Positions 28,061-32,000 of a DNA stretch of 32,000 nt are shown one piece after another. Within the stretch, counting starts at the first letter, position 1. Each line of letters starts with the position of its first letter. The translations under genes and the position numbers were made by a program. The notes under the pieces were generated by a model that saw only the letters and a program-made list of their open reading frames with translations, made no database searches and had not been told where the DNA came from. Source of the DNA: an archaeon (GTDB lineage: Archaea; Asgardarchaeota; Thorarchaeia; Thorarchaeales; Thorarchaeaceae); contig JAJRZD010000019.1 in the NCBI GenBank assembly GCA_024275415.1, positions 44,602 to 76,601 on the forward strand, given 5' to 3'.

Positions 28061-28996
28061 CTATCTTACTGGAACAAACCATTCCTCAAGAGAGATTAAT
28101 GAATGGGTATCGATAACATTCTCATTCCTGTAAAGGCGCCTCATAAAGACATTGTAGGCATCAACCGATGCTGTACGAATAGTCGCAAACAAGTTATAAT
28201 CTGCTCCCGTTCGATGCAGATCCCAGACTTCCTGAAAGGTGCTGATATGACTTGCAGTTTCCGCTATCTTCCCAGGCTTGGTCTTGATCTGGAGGAAGAA
28301 CTTGATAGGAAGTCCAAGCACTCGAAAATCTGGCTCTATTGTATATCCAACAATTGCCTGTCTTTCTTCTAGCCTTCTCATCGCCTTAGACACCGCTGGT
28401 TGACTAAGCGGTGGGTTCATCCTCATGCCTATCTCTCCTTGTGTGAGAGGGAATGGATTAGTTTCATCGGGTTCCTGTCGTGATAAGATACTAATAAGAT
28501 CCCAGTCTTTTGGTGATATGACCTTCCTACGCTCGTTTTGCTTCCTTATCCTGAATCCATGAGTCTTGTAGGTTGCCAGTACCTGAACGAGCTGATATTG
28601 TCCTGACCCGGATTTTGCCACTGCATCGTCAATCTTGTCCAAGAAATCCTGGAACGCTCCTGATCCTCTGAAACGGAAAAGTCCCAGCAGCGAGTGTTCA
28701 CCTGAGATACCATCCAATGACTCGAGTTCAGCCATTCCAAGAAGGGCTTGGCTTACTCCTATTTCACGAGGATTCGTTTTTATGATAAGGATCGTATTCC
28801 TTTCTGCATATACCTGCGCTGGGTCGAGCACTGTGACATACACTCTGACTATTCCCTGTTTTACCAGCCGCCTGATTGTCCGTGATACCCAGTTACGCCC
28901 CTTCCCAATTTCGTTACCTAGGCCTGCAATGGGCGTTCGTGAGTTATGAATAAGACCATACAGCAGCCTTCGTTCGCTATCAGTAATGGTATGCAC
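28061..28996 (-). CDS. Tandem (double) Lrp/AsnC-family transcriptional regulator
   Basis: Two HTH+RAM units: ITDSERRLLYGL..RTIRRLVKQGIV and ISPKDWDLISIL..SQPAVSKAMRRLEERQAI. Confidence 0.85.
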   Translation of the reverse strand: MHTITDSERRLLYGLIHNSRTPIAGLGNEIGKGRNWVSRTIRRLVKQGIVRVYVTVLDPAQVYAERNTILIIKTNPREIGVSQALLGMAELESLDGISGEHSLLGLFRFRGSGAFQDFLDKIDDAVAKSGSGQYQLVQVLATYKTHGFRIRKQNERRKVISPKDWDLISILSRQEPDETNPFPLTQGEIGMRMNPPLSQPAVSKAMRRLEERQAIVGYTIEPDFRVLGLPIKFFLQIKTKPGKIAETASHISTFQEVWDLHRTGADYNLFATIRTASVDAYNVFMRRLYRNENVIDTHSLISLEEWFVPVR

Positions 28997-28999
28997 GAT

Positions 29000-29021
29000 A
29001 TTTCCATCTCAGGATGCAAAT
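29000..29021. promoter_or_regulatory. Imperfect palindrome in the divergent Lrp/ahcY intergenic region (candidate operator)
   Basis: ATTTCCATC-TCAG-GATGCAAAT (8/9 match); TATA-like CATATAAG ~30 nt upstream of the ahcY ATG. Confidence 0.35.
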
Positions 29022-29082
29022 CATTCGCTACTGTGATGGAGGATTCATATAAGACCCTTGTCCGGAACCATGTGTGGTTAAA

Positions 29083-30339
29083 ATGGCTGATTACAAGGTG
29101 AAAGATATCGGTCTTGCTGATGAAGGCCGAATGCTGATCGAGTATGCTGAGAAGCATATGCCTGTCCTTATGCATCTCAGAAAGAAGTACTCCAAGAGCA
29201 AGCCCCTCAAGGGCATGAAGATTGCAGGATGTCTTCATGTAACAAAGGAAACCGCAGTGCTTATCGAAACCCTGCGCGCTGTAGGAGCTGAGGTTGCTTG
29301 GTCAGGATGCAATCCCCTATCGACCAATGACAAGGTCGCAGCAGGACTTGCGGCGAATGACGTTCCAGTCTATGCTTGGCACAACCTCAATACAGAGGAG
29401 TACTACTGGTGCATCGAGCAGACCCTGAAAATCGAACCCACACTCACTCTCGATGATGGGGCAGACCTCATCTTCACATTGCACAACAAGCACCCAGAAC
29501 TGATTCCAAATCTGTATGGTGGCTCAGAGGAAACCACTACCGGTGTCATCCGTGTCCGAGCTATGGCTGAGGATGGAGCACTCAAGTATCCGATCATGGC
29601 TGTCAACGATGCAGATACGAAGCATATGTTTGACAATGTATATGGTACAGGACAAAGCGTGTTCGATGGCGTCATGAGAGCTTCTGCTATCCTGATTGCT
29701 GGGAAAACCGTCGTCATTGGAGGATATGGGTTCTGTGGACGTGGAATGGCAGAGCGGGCAAGAGGTCTTGGCGCCAACGTCATTGTCACAGAGGTCAATC
29801 CGGTCAGGGCACTTCAAGCTCGTATGGACGGGTTCAGGGTCATGCCCATGAAGGATGCAGCACCAGAAGGTGATCTGTTCCTCACCGCGACAGGAATGAA
29901 AGATGTCATTACAGGCGAGCACATCAAAGTGATGAAGAGTGGTGCTATCTTGGGCAATGCGGGACACTACAATGTTGAGATCAACGAGCCCGATCTTGTC
30001 AATCTTAGTAAGAATAAACGTCGAGTGCGTCATGCGCTTGATGAATATGAATTGAAAGATGGCCGTCTGATCTATCTCCTTGGTGAAGGGCGTCTCGTAA
30101 ATCTTGCAGCTGCTGAAGGGCATCCCTCCGAGGTCATGGATCTATCCTTCTCTGGACAACTGAATGCGATGATCTGGATGGCCAAGAATGGGAAGGGCCT
30201 TGCGCCAGCTGTATATGAGTTCCCCGAGGAACTTGATAAGCAGACTGCACAGGCGAAACTCGAAACGATGGGGCTCTCTATTGACAAGTGGACTCCAGAA
30301 CAGGAAGCCTATGCTAGGGCATACTCTGAAGGAACCTGA
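29083..30339 (+). CDS. ahcY: Adenosylhomocysteinase (SAH hydrolase)
   Basis: GCLHVTKETAVL, SGCNPLST, DDGADL, SEETTTG, HMFDNVYGTGQS, GYGFCGRG, GRLVNLAAAEGHP. Confidence 0.97.
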   Translation: MADYKVKDIGLADEGRMLIEYAEKHMPVLMHLRKKYSKSKPLKGMKIAGCLHVTKETAVLIETLRAVGAEVAWSGCNPLSTNDKVAAGLAANDVPVYAWHNLNTEEYYWCIEQTLKIEPTLTLDDGADLIFTLHNKHPELIPNLYGGSEETTTGVIRVRAMAEDGALKYPIMAVNDADTKHMFDNVYGTGQSVFDGVMRASAILIAGKTVVIGGYGFCGRGMAERARGLGANVIVTEVNPVRALQARMDGFRVMPMKDAAPEGDLFLTATGMKDVITGEHIKVMKSGAILGNAGHYNVEINEPDLVNLSKNKRRVRHALDEYELKDGRLIYLLGEGRLVNLAAAEGHPSEVMDLSFSGQLNAMIWMAKNGKGLAPAVYEFPEELDKQTAQAKLETMGLSIDKWTPEQEAYARAYSEGT

Positions 30340-30415
30340 TACGACAGTGGGGAAACATGATTCCCCATCTTCTCTTTTTTATCTCCCGTGAACCACTACA
30401 ATACCGCGACTTGAC

Positions 30416-31495
30416 CTATCCTCTTCTGATTGGCTTCCTTCTGAATATTGACTCCGCAAGATCCATTGCTGGTTCGAAGTCATTCATCGAGCCGGTGAAT
30501 CTACCTATTATAGAACCAAACTTCTCTTCAAACCTGACTACGAACTCCTTTATCTTTCCAAGGAGGATACGATATGACTTTCTTGCAATCAGTACACCTG
30601 TCATATCGCTCCCGTGTGCAAAAAGCAGTTCGTACTCGCCGATGGAAATAATATTGAACCCTTCTTCGGTCTTGGTTATCTCTTGAAACAATGATTGCCC
30701 ACCAGATATTCCAGCAGCAGCTAAAACCTCATCTGCATCTGAGTCCTCATCCATGCCATAATGGAATATCAATAATCCTCCCTGTTGGATAAGGTATGCC
30801 CCGACAAGCTGCTTCTCCCAATCCAATTCATCCAACGTTACTGTGAATGTGAGGACATACCCGATTACTGTAGCCCCTCCAAGGAGTTGTATCAGCCCTA
30901 TTATGTAGACTGTTTCTCCGAACGCATAGTAGAACGAATCACTGCCCACTACATACCCGAACCATCCTACAAGGAAGCCAAAGGTTACAATCTTGATATC
31001 TCTACGAATCTCACCTGATGTAATATCAAACGAATATCGCAAGAACAGAAGGATGCCCACAAGAGTAAGGGCAGAGGTAATCACAGCTATTGGGACATAA
31101 AGTGAACTGGGAACCATCAAGATGATGAACATACAGACTAGGCTAGCCACGCTTAATGTGTTGTGAGTCCTATAGGGAAGTATCTGCTCTATGGCAAATA
31201 AGAAGGCTGTCAATGACAAAATCAGGGTGATGTATGCAACTGTTATCCAGTGAGTGCGGAACGGTTCATCGATTATCCAGTATGTGCTGATCATAAAAGC
31301 AATGGTATTGGCGAACAATCCGAAATAAAATACACTCCATGCCAAGTTCAGATCGATGAGTCGCCTATTCTTGCTCCGCAACCAGCGCACAAATATGAGA
31401 GCTCCAAAAAAGAGAGTACAAAATGCAGTAGCACTGTCAATGATGAGCATGAGGTCTCGTGTGAATGGAATCGCGCTGGAATCGAAAACTGGCAA
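30416..31495 (-). CDS. 7-TM membrane protein with C-terminal longin-like domain
   Basis: Seven hydrophobic segments in aa ~15-218; C-terminal AYLIQQGGLLIF..LAAAGISGGQSLFQEI..ISIGEYELLF..GVLIA..IKEFVVRFEEKF. Confidence 0.7.
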   Translation of the reverse strand: MPVFDSSAIPFTRDLMLIIDSATAFCTLFFGALIFVRWLRSKNRRLIDLNLAWSVFYFGLFANTIAFMISTYWIIDEPFRTHWITVAYITLILSLTAFLFAIEQILPYRTHNTLSVASLVCMFIILMVPSSLYVPIAVITSALTLVGILLFLRYSFDITSGEIRRDIKIVTFGFLVGWFGYVVGSDSFYYAFGETVYIIGLIQLLGGATVIGYVLTFTVTLDELDWEKQLVGAYLIQQGGLLIFHYGMDEDSDADEVLAAAGISGGQSLFQEITKTEEGFNIISIGEYELLFAHGSDMTGVLIARKSYRILLGKIKEFVVRFEEKFGSIIGRFTGSMNDFEPAMDLAESIFRRKPIRRG

Positions 31496-31622
31496 GGTCT
31501 CACTTCAGGTCTTGGTCGGTTCGATTCCATTCGCCAATCACTATTTTAGTGTAATCTCGATGAATCAACGACCTGCAATGTGAAACTTACCGCCATTGAA
31601 AATTTGGTGCCTCTGATGGATG

Positions 31623-32000
31623 TTATAGTTTCATCTTGAATCTTTTTTTCGCCTTGGCGACCTTTGGGCTAATCACTAAGCGACAGTATGCCTCATTTGG
31701 ATTACTCTTGAAATAATTCTGATGATAGTCCTCTGCATGATAGAATTTTTCGAGTGGTACGACCTCCGTTACGATTCGACCAGACCACCTGCCACTTTTG
31801 TCGTATCTTCCAATCATTTGCTCGGCTATCTCCTTTTGCTCTCTGTTGTGGTAGAAGATCACTGAACGATACTGTGTGCCAATGTCATTGCCTTGGCGGT
31901 TCATTGTTGTTGGATCATGAACCTCGAAGAAAATCTCCAAGATTTCATCATAGGTCATCGTTTCTGGGTCGAAGGTGATCTGACACACCTCTGCGTGTCC
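31623..32000 (-). CDS. msrA: Peptide-methionine (S)-S-oxide reductase (5' end outside the window)
   Basis: GHAEVCQITFDP, HDPTTMNRQGNDIGTQYRS, FYHAEDYHQNY; frame is open to the window edge. Confidence 0.95.
   Translation of the reverse strand, partial: GHAEVCQITFDPETMTYDEILEIFFEVHDPTTMNRQGNDIGTQYRSVIFYHNREQKEIAEQMIGRYDKSGRWSGRIVTEVVPLEKFYHAEDYHQNYFKSNPNEAYCRLVISPKVAKAKKRFKMKL

Noticed and set aside
29403-30123. 131-aa and 199-aa minus-strand ORFs
   Set aside because: Antisense shadows of ahcY.

Overview
Archaeal chromosomal window. It is most likely from an Asgard archaeon (Thorarchaeia-like); this is an inference from the archaeal 23S rRNA, AfpA/Mer-like genes, WD40 proteins and a 7TM+longin-like protein. 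Housekeeping and metabolic genes surround a stand-alone 23S rRNA gene (~12842-16709). That gene carries a 791-nt bulge-helix-bulge (BHB) intron encoding a LAGLIDADG homing endonuclease, inserted between the E. coli-equivalent A2450 and A2451 of the peptidyl-transferase centre. Downstream of the rRNA lies a decayed accessory patch: a hairpin array, an exact 29-nt copy of 23S helix 93, an IS110 transposase remnant, an MntA/HepT pair whose toxin lacks its active-site segment, and a HEAT-like relic. The most notable items are: (1) a TnpB-like protein with only the WED/REC half and no RuvC, co-oriented with an MNT-helical-bundle gene and with no IS context, suggesting a domesticated RNA-guided DNA binder; (2) two otherwise intact genes each interrupted by a single in-frame TAG; (3) the PTC intron with an accompanying exon base change; (4) a bacterial-type RNase PH directly upstream of the 23S gene. 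All protein family calls come from motif recognition by eye; no searches were run.
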